45,041 bases of DNA from Hyphomicrobiaceae bacterium. GTDB taxonomy: Bacteria; Pseudomonadota; Alphaproteobacteria; Rhizobiales; Hyphomicrobiaceae. The position numbers and the translations under genes are program-made. The DNA is taken from positions 1-45,041 of the forward strand of contig JANOOW010000464.1 of NCBI GenBank assembly GCA_031421555.1, written 5' to 3'. The notes beneath the pieces were generated by a model that searched no databases, was not told the origin of the DNA, and was given only the letters and a program-made list of their open reading frames with translations. Shown one piece after another: positions 19,654-28,301 of the stretch. How positions within the stretch are numbered: the stretch's first letter is position 1; each line of letters opens with the position of its first letter.

Positions 19654-20472
19654 TCATTCAGCCTTGGTGCGGCGGAATTCCTCGCCCAGCGAGTGCCAGA
19701 TGTGCGAGTAGAGCCGCCCAAACTCAGGCGTTTCGCGTAATGATACCGCGTCGCGCGGCCGGGCGAACGGCACCTCGAAATCCTCTTTAAGCCGGCCGGG
19801 CCGGGCAGACAGCAGTATGATGCGGCTGGCAAGTGTGAGCGCCTCGCCGAGATCGTGCGTGACGAACAGCACGGTCTGCCGTTCGCGCTCCCAGATCTCC
19901 AGCAGCGTCTTGTGCATTTCGAGCTTGGTGTGTGTGTCGAGCGCGCCGAACGGCTCGTCCATCAACAAAATTTCCGGCTCCATGATCAGCGTGCGCATGA
20001 GAGCCACGCGCTGGCGCATGCCGCCCGACAGCATGCGCGGAAAGCTCTTGCTAAAGCCGGCCAACCCCGATGTTTCGATCGCATTCTCGACCTTCACCGC
20101 GCGCTCCCCCTTCGGAACACCAGCAATCTCGAGGCCGTAGCCGATGTTGGCTTCGACCGTGCGCCAGGGAAACACGGTGTCGCGCTGGAATACGTAGCCG
20201 ACCTTCCGGTTGACGTCGCCGTGCAAAACTTCCTGAGCGTCGATCCGGATGCTGCCACTCGACTTCGGCAGCAGCCCCGCCACCATGTTGAGGATCGTGC
20301 TCTTGCCGCAACCGGACGGGCCCAGCAGGGCCACGAATTCGCCCTGCTTGACGTCGAAAGACACATCATCGACCGTCAGCAATTCACCGTTATCGGTGTT
20401 GTAGCGCTTGACGAGGTTTGTCACCGATACACGCGTGGAACCGCGCGCCTCGACAACCGCTGACTGTTCCAT
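19654..20472 (-). CDS. ABC transporter ATP-binding protein, NitT/TauT family
   Basis: Walker A GPSGCGKST, signature LSGGMRQR and Walker B LLMDEPFGALD. 272 aa. Confidence 0.9.
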   Translation of the reverse strand: MEQSAVVEARGSTRVSVTNLVKRYNTDNGELLTVDDVSFDVKQGEFVALLGPSGCGKSTILNMVAGLLPKSSGSIRIDAQEVLHGDVNRKVGYVFQRDTVFPWRTVEANIGYGLEIAGVPKGERAVKVENAIETSGLAGFSKSFPRMLSGGMRQRVALMRTLIMEPEILLMDEPFGALDTHTKLEMHKTLLEIWERERQTVLFVTHDLGEALTLASRIILLSARPGRLKEDFEVPFARPRDAVSLRETPEFGRLYSHIWHSLGEEFRRTKAE

Positions 20473-20483
20473 TCCGCCGCGCC

Positions 20484-21530
20484 TTACTTGAACTTGGCTT
20501 GCGCAGATTCGAGGAAGCTCATGTCGACGATATCCTCGAAGTTGGTTGGCGGAATATCGGTGCCGGCGCGATACCAGACTTTGCCGCCGCGCTCAAAATC
20601 TGCCTTTTCGATGCGGCCGGTATAGCCCCAGGTTTCCCGATCGAAGGCGAGTTCGACCTTGGTCGCTTTCTCATCGTAGCCGTCATAGTACTTCTTGCCG
20701 ACGAGCGCATACACGTCGTCGATCGGCGCGGTCTTCGTCCACTGCATCGCCTGATACATCGCGTTGACGAAACTCTGCGTCTTGGCCTTCTCGTCCTTCG
20801 TCGTCTCTTCGAGCGTATACAGCACGAGCACCGGCACGGTGCCGCCGAACACGTCTGTGAATACACCCTTCTTGCTGGTGTCGTAGATGACACGGCCGAA
20901 ATTCTTGTCCTCCGCCTCGATCACCCAACTCGGCACAGCCATGATGGCGTCGAACTGCTTGGTCTCGAGGCCGGGGAACAACGTCTTGGGACCACCACCG
21001 GCAACCCAATTGATCTTGTCGCTGAGCTTCTTCGACTCGAACACATACGTGCCGTACATCCACGTACCCGCGCCGATCGCGGTGGCGGCGACGATCGGCT
21101 TCGAACCATCGGGACGCTTGTAGGCGCCGAGATCCTCTACCGTCTTGATGCCGGCGTCGAACAGATCCTTGCGCACCACGATGTTCGAGATCGAGGCGAT
21201 CATCTGGCTCGCCATGATGATTTTGCATTTCTTGCCGCGATTGCTCAGTTGCAGTGAGTGACTGGCGTCGCCGTGCGCGTACAGAGCTTGTCCGGCTGCC
21301 AATGCCTGACGGCCGTGCGTGCCGGCATTGCCGATAACGAGCTTGAGATCGACGCCTTCCTTTTCGAAAAACCCCTTCTCCAATGCGATCTTGCCGAGCG
21401 AATAGATGGCGCTCGAGGGACCGAACGCGAGTGTCGCCGGGCTGCCAGCTGCGTGCGCTACTTGGGGCAGCATTCCGCTTGCGGCCAAGGCCGAACCACC
21501 CAGGAGCGCATCGCGCCGATTGATATTCAT
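20484..21530 (-). CDS. Periplasmic substrate-binding protein, NMT1/THI5-like (NitT/TauT family), Tat-type signal
   Basis: MNINRRDALLGGSALAASGMLPQVAHA twin-arginine signal, with GGGAGAGAG upstream of the ATG. The size and operon position fit the binding component. Confidence 0.8.
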   Translation of the reverse strand: MNINRRDALLGGSALAASGMLPQVAHAAGSPATLAFGPSSAIYSLGKIALEKGFFEKEGVDLKLVIGNAGTHGRQALAAGQALYAHGDASHSLQLSNRGKKCKIIMASQMIASISNIVVRKDLFDAGIKTVEDLGAYKRPDGSKPIVAATAIGAGTWMYGTYVFESKKLSDKINWVAGGGPKTLFPGLETKQFDAIMAVPSWVIEAEDKNFGRVIYDTSKKGVFTDVFGGTVPVLVLYTLEETTKDEKAKTQSFVNAMYQAMQWTKTAPIDDVYALVGKKYYDGYDEKATKVELAFDRETWGYTGRIEKADFERGGKVWYRAGTDIPPTNFEDIVDMSFLESAQAKFK

Positions 21531-21593
21531 AGGTCTCTCTCCCGCTACTTATTGTTGACGCCGCTGATCAACGTCGAGCAATCTCTGCTCATC

Positions 21594-22808
21594 TTATACC
21601 GTCAGGCCCGCCGTGCCGTCTCGGATCATTATTGCGATTTCTGCGGCGCTGTAATCAAGGTTCGCCAGAACCTCGCCGGTGTGCTCGCCGATCTTTGGCG
21701 GATCGCGCCGCTTTTGCAGACGCTTGCCATCGATCGAAATAGGCAGCGCCGGGGTGCGCGCGTGAACGCCGCTGGGCAGGGTCACGTCCAGCAGTCCGCC
21801 AGATGCCAGCAAATGCGGGTCGTCGAACAAGTCGCTCGGCGTGTTGACCGGCGCGAACGGCAGATCGAGTTGCTCGAGCTGCTTCGACAGGGCACCGATT
21901 TCCCACGTCGCGAAAATACCGGCGATTTCCGGGATGACCCAGCCGCGCTGATCGACCCGCCCCTGGCTCGTCGCCAGCCTCGGATCGCTCAACCACGACT
22001 CGCGGCCAAAGGCACGGCAGAACCCCTGCCAATGTTCCTCGCCGACAATCGAAACGAAAATCTTGGTGCCGTCGCGCGTGTCGAAAAGGTCGTACACCGG
22101 CCACGGCGCACTCTTTACCGACCAAGGTTGCGACTTTTCGCCGGTTACACTTTCGAACATCATCGCCTGCGCCATCAGGAACACGTTGTTCTCAAACAGT
22201 GCGCTCTGAATGTACTTGCCGCGCCCCGTTCGTTCGCGCTCTGCCAATGCAGCTTGGATGGCGATCACCCCAAACATGCCACCCATGATATCGTTGACCG
22301 AGGCACCGGCCCGCATCGGCTTGCCGGGCGGCCCGGTCATGTAGGCGAGCCCGCCCATCATCTGCACGACCTCGTCGAGCGCGAGACGGTTTTCGTAGGG
22401 GCCTGGAAGGTAGCCCTTCAGCGAGCAATAGATCAGCCGCGGCATGGTCTGAGCCAGAGTCGCATAGTCGAGACCGAATCTGGCCAAAAGACCCGGTCGA
22501 AAGTTCTCGATCAGAATGTCGCTTGTTCCGATCAAGCGGCGCGCAACTTCTTGTCCAGCTGCAGTCGTCGCGTCGATGGCAAGCGAGCGTTTGTTGCGGC
22601 TGTAGGTGCCGAAAAAGCCGGAAGCGACCCCTTTGAAGTGACGCGTGCGGTCGCCTTTCAACGGCTCGACCTTGATCACGTCGGCGCCGAGATCGGCCAG
22701 GATCATCCCGCACGATGGCCCCATCACCATCTGACTGAACTCGGCGACGCGAACACCCGCGAGAGGCAGCCTCGCCGCGCTGCCGTTCACCTCTGTTGTT
22801 TCTCGCAT
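21594..22808 (-). CDS. Family III CoA-transferase (CaiB/BaiF family)
   Basis: LAGVRVAEFSQMVMGPSCGMILADLGADVIKVEP N-terminal motif and SVNDIMGG containing the catalytic Asp region. The ATG at 22808 has GAGG 7 nt upstream. Confidence 0.88.
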   Translation of the reverse strand: MRETTEVNGSAARLPLAGVRVAEFSQMVMGPSCGMILADLGADVIKVEPLKGDRTRHFKGVASGFFGTYSRNKRSLAIDATTAAGQEVARRLIGTSDILIENFRPGLLARFGLDYATLAQTMPRLIYCSLKGYLPGPYENRLALDEVVQMMGGLAYMTGPPGKPMRAGASVNDIMGGMFGVIAIQAALAERERTGRGKYIQSALFENNVFLMAQAMMFESVTGEKSQPWSVKSAPWPVYDLFDTRDGTKIFVSIVGEEHWQGFCRAFGRESWLSDPRLATSQGRVDQRGWVIPEIAGIFATWEIGALSKQLEQLDLPFAPVNTPSDLFDDPHLLASGGLLDVTLPSGVHARTPALPISIDGKRLQKRRDPPKIGEHTGEVLANLDYSAAEIAIMIRDGTAGLTV

Positions 22809-22999
22809 CCAGTTGCCTCGCACCCGTGTCTATCGGAGGCCAAAGGACAGGCGGCTCGATGCCCTGTCAAGCGGCGGTGCGCTCATCTGCGTCGAGGCAT
22901 CGCCTCATTTGGGCCGCAGCGTCGCTCTGCAATTAAGGAACGGCGCGTAGACGACGCGCGTTGCACAGTTGGCGGAGCTAAGCCGAACGGAGAGAGGTG

Positions 23000-23326
23000 A
23001 TGCGAATGGTATCCCCGAATTCGCGTTTGTTTTTGCGAGCTGCTGGCATAATCCTCATAGCCTTGCTCATCAAAATCAGCGTCACAGCTTCGAGTTTCGC
23101 TCACTCGTGGTATCCGCACTATTGTTGCAGCGATCAGGATTGCGTGAAAGTCGACCGCATCGAATATGTGACCGACGGCATGTACATGACGGCAGGCCAA
23201 ATGCGCGTTTTCGTACCCGACACGATGGAGAAACGCCCCTCCGAAGATACCGACGCCCATATTTGTGTCATTCGCACACCAAGCGGCTTTCGCGTACGTT
23301 GTGTGTTCTTGCCGGGAACCGCTTAA
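23000..23326 (+). CDS. Small secreted Cys-rich hypothetical protein
   Basis: Signal-like N-terminus LFLRAAGIILIALLIKISVTASSFA, then HSWYPHYCCSDQDCVKV. A GGAGAGAGG Shine-Dalgarno sequence is present. The start is ambiguous (GTG 22997, ATG 23000 or ATG 23006). Function unknown. Confidence 0.6.
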   Translation: MRMVSPNSRLFLRAAGIILIALLIKISVTASSFAHSWYPHYCCSDQDCVKVDRIEYVTDGMYMTAGQMRVFVPDTMEKRPSEDTDAHICVIRTPSGFRVRCVFLPGTA

Positions 23327-23495
23327 CTATTCAGGTGAGCACTGAAGTTGAGACCCGGCAGTCTACTACTCGGCATCGCCGAGGCTAATTTTATCATGAC
23401 TTAGCAGACGGCCTGCAACCTTCGACGCTGTACTGTCACCGGCGGCGGAAATAAAGTACGTCTATCCTCAAGCTGTAGGTTTTTGGAGGGATATC

Positions 23496-24878
23496 GTGGG
23501 GTTTCGTGCCGTGCAGTCTGATTTGCGTGATCTGTCGTTTTTGCGATCATTGTCAGCTGTGAGTTTTCTCATCGCGTTCTTGTTCTTGCCCGGTCAGGGC
23601 GAAGCAGCCCGCAGGGCATTTGTCGTCGGAAACTCCAACTACGCACACGTTGCTAGTCTGCCCAATCCGGCAAACGACGCAGCTGATCTTGCAGCGAAAC
23701 TGAAGGCCTTAGACTACGAGGTCACCCTCGAACTTGACGTGGGGCGCGCGCAGTTCCTCCGCAGCTTTCAAGCGTTTTCGGCATCGCTTTCGGCGGATGA
23801 CTTGGCGTTGGTTTACTTTGCCGGTCACGGCATGCAGATCGGTGGTGAGAACTATCTATTCCCGGTCGATGCGCGCGTTGAAAAAGAGGATGACGCGAAA
23901 CAGTATCTGGTTCCACTCAACGCCTTGCTGGCTGATCTATCGCGCATCACGCGCAGCCGCATTCTGATCCTTGATGCGTGCCGTAACAATCCATTTGCGG
24001 ATGAGATTGCCAAGCGGCAGACCACCCGATCGGCTGGCGTCGCGCGCGGCCTGGCACGCGTTTATGCCGGCGTTGGATCGTTCATCATCTACTCGACCCA
24101 GCCCGGCAACGTTGCGCTCGATGGGACCGGCCGCAACAGCCCGTTCACGGATGCGTTACTGCGGCACATCTCGATACCAAACGCCGATGTGCACGCTGTC
24201 ATGCGTCGCGTGCGGGGCGACGTACAACGCGCGACGGCCGAACAGCAAGTGCCATGGGAGAATTCGTCGCTTGTTGACGAGGTCGTATTTGCCGGCGGGA
24301 CCGCGATAGCCGTCGCGCCGCGCCAACCGTTGCAACCAGCGCCCGCGCCAACACCCCAACCGAGCCGCGTGTCACCGGCATCGGCCGAGACCTACAGCTA
24401 CGTAAGCGGGCTCGACCCCAAGGGCGATAATTTTCTAGCGCTGAGATCGGGATCGGAGCCTGACGCAATTCGCATCGCCACCATGGGTCCAGACACCTTG
24501 TTGAAAGTTGCCGAAAGCAGGGGCGTGTGGCGCCGTATCGTGCTGCTCGATGGGGCAACAGGATGGGCGCACAGCAATTACATCGCTTGTTGCCGCACGA
24601 CTGCTGGACCAAGTGGCGGCGGGGCAGCCGCTGCCAAAGCCGCACCGCCTGCTGCCCTCGCCAAGGCATCTGGGGACACCTGCGAGAGCCTTTGGCTACG
24701 CCGGAATACGATTTGGAAGCGCAACGGTTACTGCTTCACCAGCACCAAGGCCAAGCAAGCGCTCGGCAATGCCGGTTGCTCACGCGACCAAGCCGCCGCC
24801 CGCGCCGCCATGTCCCCCACAGACCTCGCCGAGGTCGATGCGCTATCCGCAAAAGAGCAAGGTATGGGGTGCCAGTGA
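23496..24878 (+). CDS. Exported caspase-family (peptidase C14) protein with C-terminal SH3-like and YARHG-like domains
   Basis: GGAGGG then GTG start, followed by a signal/TM segment LSAVSFLIAFLFLPGQGEA. Caspase His (YFAGHGMQ) and Cys (LILDACRNNPF) motifs. After a Pro-rich linker comes an SH3-like block (GVWRRIVLLDGATGWAHSNYI) and a YARHG-like block (LWLRRNTIWKRNGYCF). Confidence 0.8.
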   Translation: MGFRAVQSDLRDLSFLRSLSAVSFLIAFLFLPGQGEAARRAFVVGNSNYAHVASLPNPANDAADLAAKLKALDYEVTLELDVGRAQFLRSFQAFSASLSADDLALVYFAGHGMQIGGENYLFPVDARVEKEDDAKQYLVPLNALLADLSRITRSRILILDACRNNPFADEIAKRQTTRSAGVARGLARVYAGVGSFIIYSTQPGNVALDGTGRNSPFTDALLRHISIPNADVHAVMRRVRGDVQRATAEQQVPWENSSLVDEVVFAGGTAIAVAPRQPLQPAPAPTPQPSRVSPASAETYSYVSGLDPKGDNFLALRSGSEPDAIRIATMGPDTLLKVAESRGVWRRIVLLDGATGWAHSNYIACCRTTAGPSGGGAAAAKAAPPAALAKASGDTCESLWLRRNTIWKRNGYCFTSTKAKQALGNAGCSRDQAAARAAMSPTDLAEVDALSAKEQGMGCQ

Positions 24879-24942
24879 CGATGCCCTCGGTGATCCCCGA
24901 CGATCAATCGCTACTTCGAAGACCTAACGGAGCTAGCTGGAC

Positions 24943-24983
24943 GTAGGTTGGGTCAAGCCCTCAGCGCGACACAACATCCACGG
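24943..24983. repeat. Solo half-copy of a REP-like element
   Basis: GTAGGTTGGGTCAAGCCCTCAGCGCGACACAACATCCACGG closely resembles the left arm and loop of the palindrome at 36389-36474 (GTAGGTTGGGTCAAGCTCTTGCGCGACCACATCCACGACCGG). No inverted partner is nearby. Confidence 0.7.
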
Positions 24984-25036
24984 GTACTCTCAACAACGGT
25001 CATCCAACAAGCCGGTCACAGAGATATCCACACCCC

Positions 25037-26110
25037 TCACATCCCCCGTTTCGGAACCGTTGCTAAAAACTCGCCCACTTGCTTGCTCCAGAACTTGGCC
25101 ATGCCGGTCGTTCCGTGTCCACGCGTGTCGGCACTGGCGGGGATCAGATACAGGCGGCCATTTTTGATGCGCTTCAGCTCGCGTTCTACCAAGCCAAACT
25201 CCGGTGGATTGCGCTCGTCGTCGGCCGAGTTGATCACCAGCACGTGGGCCTTGATCGCATCCAGCATCGGCTGCGGATTATAGTCGCGCGAGGCGTCCCA
25301 CTGATAGGCGAAATTATTGGCATCGGCCGTGAACGACGCGGCCAGCCGGTCGTCGACGATCTTGTCGGCTGCCGCACGTGTGGGCGCCATTGCCTGATAG
25401 GCCAGGGATCCGCCGTTGGTCCCGATACCGTAGAACACGTTGGCGGTTTTGAGGCCCTTCGGTTGCGCGGTGTAATTACCGTCGTTGTATTCCGGGTCCT
25501 TGCGAACGGCGTCGATCAACATGCGGCGCATCATCCAATTGCGGGCGGACATCTCGGTCGGCTGCGACGCCATCGGCACCAGCGCATCCATGAAGTCAGG
25601 ATACTTCACGCCCCAGACCCAGGTGTGCATGCCGCCCATCGAGTTGCCGAGCACGAGACGAACGTGCTTGACGCCCAATCCTTCCGTCAGCAGGCGATAG
25701 TGGGCCTGCACCATGTCGTCGTAGTTGTACCTCGGAAACTTGCCGCGCAGACCGTCGGACGGTTTCGATGATTTGCCGGCGCCGAGCGCATCCGGCACGA
25801 TGATGAAGTACTTCTTCGCATCCAATGCCTGGCCTTCACCGAATATTTCGCCTGCAAAGCCTGGCGTTAGCAGTCCGGTACCGGAGCCTGCGGTGCCGTG
25901 CAGGATGAGCACAGGCTCGCCCGCCGGATCGCCGATCGTTGTGTAATGCAGCTTCAGCTCCGGCATCACATCGCCCGTGCTAAAGCGAAACTCCTTGGCG
26001 ATGAAATCACCATGTTTCGGAGCCGGGTAATCAGCCGCGGCGGCTGGACCGGCGACGAACATCAGCACGAGCATTAGCGTCGGCAACAACGCTGCAATCC
26101 GAGTTTTCAT
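25037..26110 (-). CDS. Secreted alpha/beta-fold hydrolase (MetX/homoserine acetyltransferase-like fold)
   Basis: Signal peptide MKTRIAALLPTLMLVLMFVAGPAAA, nucleophile elbow GNSMGG, and candidate acid and His in NSADDERNP and TRGHGT. The start is set at the ATG at 26110, not the longer ORF. Confidence 0.75.
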   Translation of the reverse strand: MKTRIAALLPTLMLVLMFVAGPAAAADYPAPKHGDFIAKEFRFSTGDVMPELKLHYTTIGDPAGEPVLILHGTAGSGTGLLTPGFAGEIFGEGQALDAKKYFIIVPDALGAGKSSKPSDGLRGKFPRYNYDDMVQAHYRLLTEGLGVKHVRLVLGNSMGGMHTWVWGVKYPDFMDALVPMASQPTEMSARNWMMRRMLIDAVRKDPEYNDGNYTAQPKGLKTANVFYGIGTNGGSLAYQAMAPTRAAADKIVDDRLAASFTADANNFAYQWDASRDYNPQPMLDAIKAHVLVINSADDERNPPEFGLVERELKRIKNGRLYLIPASADTRGHGTTGMAKFWSKQVGEFLATVPKRGM

Positions 26111-26220
26111 GTCGTTTCCCCATCGGCCCCACTCTGAGGTGGGGTCGAGCAAATCTAGCCGCAAACGCGCGGCTTGGCTCCGATGATTTGCGCCATTACG
26201 AGCGACAGACTCCTGTGTAT

Positions 26221-26265
26221 AACCATTATTTTCCGGTTTTATCCATAATTATCCATGCTATCCCA
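26221..26265. promoter_or_regulatory. Five 10-bp-phased pentamer repeats in an AT-rich patch upstream of mraZ (candidate MraZ operator/dcw promoter region)
   Basis: Plus strand: AACCA-TTATT-TTCCG-GTTTT-ATCCA-TAATT-ATCCA-TGCTA-TCCCA. Minus strand: TGGGA-N5-TGGAT-N5-TGGAT-N5-CGGAA-N5-TGGTT. It lies about 175 nt upstream of the mraZ ATG. Confidence 0.5.
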
Positions 26266-26438
26266 ATCATGCCCGACCCGCATCGGGCTGTGATGCCGTG
26301 GCAGGGCGCTCGGTTCCGTTAGAGGGCCCGGGATCGATGCGACCGCCACGGTTCGCGGCCGGACTCCGCATGAAATGTTCATGCTGTGCGTGGGCGGTCA
26401 GTTCTGGTTCGTTCACGCGTTAGGATTTGCAGGCGGGG

Positions 26439-26975
26439 ATGGATCGCTTTGTCTCAACGTTCACGAACAAGATCGACGCGAAGGGCCGCGTCTCGATCCC
26501 AGCCCCGTTCCGGGCGGTGCTCGAGCGCGACGGCTATACTCAAGGGGTTGGCGGGTCGGCATCCCCGAACACCCCAAGCGCCGGCGGCATCTACTGCTAC
26601 CCCTCGCTCGACGCTGCAGCGATCGATGGCGGCGGCGAAAGACTTGCGCAGAAAATCGACGGCCTACTGCGTGGCCTCGCGGATTACTCGGACGAGCGAG
26701 ATGAGTTGTCCGTGGCGCTTTACGGCGACGTCCAGATCCTCAATATCGACGGCGACGGCCGCATCGTCCTTCCTGAAGGCCTGCGCACACACGCTGGTCT
26801 CACCAGCCTTGTCACCTTCGTTGGGCTCGGCGATAAATTCCAAATGTGGGAACCAGGCGCGTTCGAAGCCCGCCGCAAGTCTGCGCGCGAAAAAGTCCAG
26901 GAACACAGAAAACTGTTTGGCTCAGACGGCAGATCCGCTACCCCCTCCGATAAAGACAAAGGAGGAGGTACATGA
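26439..26975 (+). CDS. mraZ: Division/cell-wall cluster transcriptional regulator MraZ
   Basis: MDRFVSTFTNKIDAKGRVSIPAPFR and a second repeat, DGDGRIVLPEGLR, giving two SpoVT/AbrB-like halves. It is the first gene of the dcw cluster. ATGA overlaps rsmH. Confidence 0.9.
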   Translation: MDRFVSTFTNKIDAKGRVSIPAPFRAVLERDGYTQGVGGSASPNTPSAGGIYCYPSLDAAAIDGGGERLAQKIDGLLRGLADYSDERDELSVALYGDVQILNIDGDGRIVLPEGLRTHAGLTSLVTFVGLGDKFQMWEPGAFEARRKSAREKVQEHRKLFGSDGRSATPSDKDKGGGT

Positions 26976-27991
26976 GCGCTCCGCACATACCGGTTCTATT
27001 GACGCAGGTGATCGAACATCTGGCACCACGGGACGGCGAACTTTTCATTGACGGCACGTTCGGCGCGGGCGGGTACAGCACAGCCATCCTCGACGCGGCC
27101 AACGTGCGGGTTTTCGCGTTCGATCGCGATCTAACGGCCGTCCAGTCGGCGGCGGCGCTGTGCGAGCGCTTCAGCGCCAGGCTGCGCGTCATCAATGCGC
27201 CGTTCGGCGAGATGGAACGATACGCACACGCTGCCGAAGCCATCGATAACACGGCATCGATCGATGGCCCGTTCGTCGACGGCGTGGTGCTCGATCTCGG
27301 CGTATCGTCGATGCAGATCGACCAGCCGGAACGCGGTTTCTCGTTTCAGAATGACGGCCCGCTCGACATGCGTATGTCGCAAGACGGTGATCATGCCGGC
27401 CGCAGCGCCGCCGATCTCGTCAATACGCTGGCTGAGGAAAAGATCGCCGACATACTATTCACCTATGGCGATGAGCGCAAATCGCGGTCGATTGCGCGCG
27501 CCATCGTGCGGCGGCGTGCGACCGAGCCGTTCACGCGAACGCTCGACCTGGCAAGTGTCATCGCCCGGGTACTGGGTCCGCGCAAGGCCGATGGCCGGCA
27601 TCAGTCGACCCGCTCGTTCCAGGCGCTCCGCATCGCCGTTAACGACGAGCTTGGCGAATTGGCTCGCGCCCTCGTTGCCGCCGAGCGCTTGCTGAAACCG
27701 GGCGGAAGATTGGTCATCGTCACCTTCCACTCGCTCGAAGACCGGCTGGTAAAACGCTTTCTGATCGAACGCGCTGGAAGGCAATCGGCAGGATCGCGCT
27801 ATCTGCCAGAAATAGTTGCAGCAGCGCCCCCAAGTTTCCAAATCATTAACCAACGCCCGGTATCTCCAAGTGACGACGAATGCGCCGTCAATCCGCGCGC
27901 GCGTTCGGCGAAACTGAGGGCAGCCGTTCGCACGCCAGCGGCACCTTGGCCGCAAGGTGCCTCGACGGACATGCCACTCGTGGAGTTTTGA
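26972..27991 (+). CDS. rsmH: 16S rRNA (cytosine1402-N4)-methyltransferase
   Basis: HIPVLL start, SAM motif DGTFGAGGYS, DLGVSSMQID, GPLDMRM and FHSLEDR. Confidence 0.95.
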   Translation: MSAPHIPVLLTQVIEHLAPRDGELFIDGTFGAGGYSTAILDAANVRVFAFDRDLTAVQSAAALCERFSARLRVINAPFGEMERYAHAAEAIDNTASIDGPFVDGVVLDLGVSSMQIDQPERGFSFQNDGPLDMRMSQDGDHAGRSAADLVNTLAEEKIADILFTYGDERKSRSIARAIVRRRATEPFTRTLDLASVIARVLGPRKADGRHQSTRSFQALRIAVNDELGELARALVAAERLLKPGGRLVIVTFHSLEDRLVKRFLIERAGRQSAGSRYLPEIVAAAPPSFQIINQRPVSPSDDECAVNPRARSAKLRAAVRTPAAPWPQGASTDMPLVEF

Positions 27992-28013
27992 GGGACTGAA
28001 CCGGGAGGCAAGC

Positions 28014-28301
28014 GTGCGGCGAACAGCAACAGCAGCATCCGTTCTCCTGGCGATTGCAGCCGCTGTGGTCCTGTACGCGATCGGCTATGATACGCGCCGG
28101 ATTGCCGCGCGCGTTCACCTATTGGAAAAAACTGCGGAGCGTACCGAGGCAGACATTGCCGCCGCAAAAGCCGAGCTGTCGCATCTATCGCGGCCGGAAC
28201 GTATCGAACCGTTGGCGCGGGCGATCGGCCTTCTCCCGCCTACGCCAAAGCAGTTCGTCGACGAAGGCCGCTTGCCGAGACGGCAGGCCAGCACCCAATG
28301 A
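28014..28301 (+). CDS. ftsL: FtsL-like cell division protein (alphaproteobacterial type)
   Basis: Small bitopic protein with TM segment AASVLLAIAAAVVLYAIGY followed by a coiled-coil-like stretch. It lies between rsmH and ftsI. The GTG at 28014 has GGGAGG 5 nt upstream. ATGA overlaps ftsI. Confidence 0.65.
   Translation: MRRTATAASVLLAIAAAVVLYAIGYDTRRIAARVHLLEKTAERTEADIAAAKAELSHLSRPERIEPLARAIGLLPPTPKQFVDEGRLPRRQASTQ

Noticed and set aside
20418-21257. 279-aa plus-strand ORF
   Set aside because: It is antisense to the NMT1-like binding-protein gene and has no motifs.
21258-23000. 580-aa plus-strand ORF
   Set aside because: It lies fully antisense to the well-supported CoA-transferase gene and the SBP 5' end. 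The product is Arg/Ala/Gly-rich with no recognisable motifs. This is the typical shadow ORF of GC-rich DNA.
26401-26414. GTTCTGGTTCGTTC just upstream of mraZ, looked at as a second SOS box
   Set aside because: The spacer between the GTTC repeats is 6 nt, not the 7 nt of the alphaproteobacterial LexA operator, so I do not call it.
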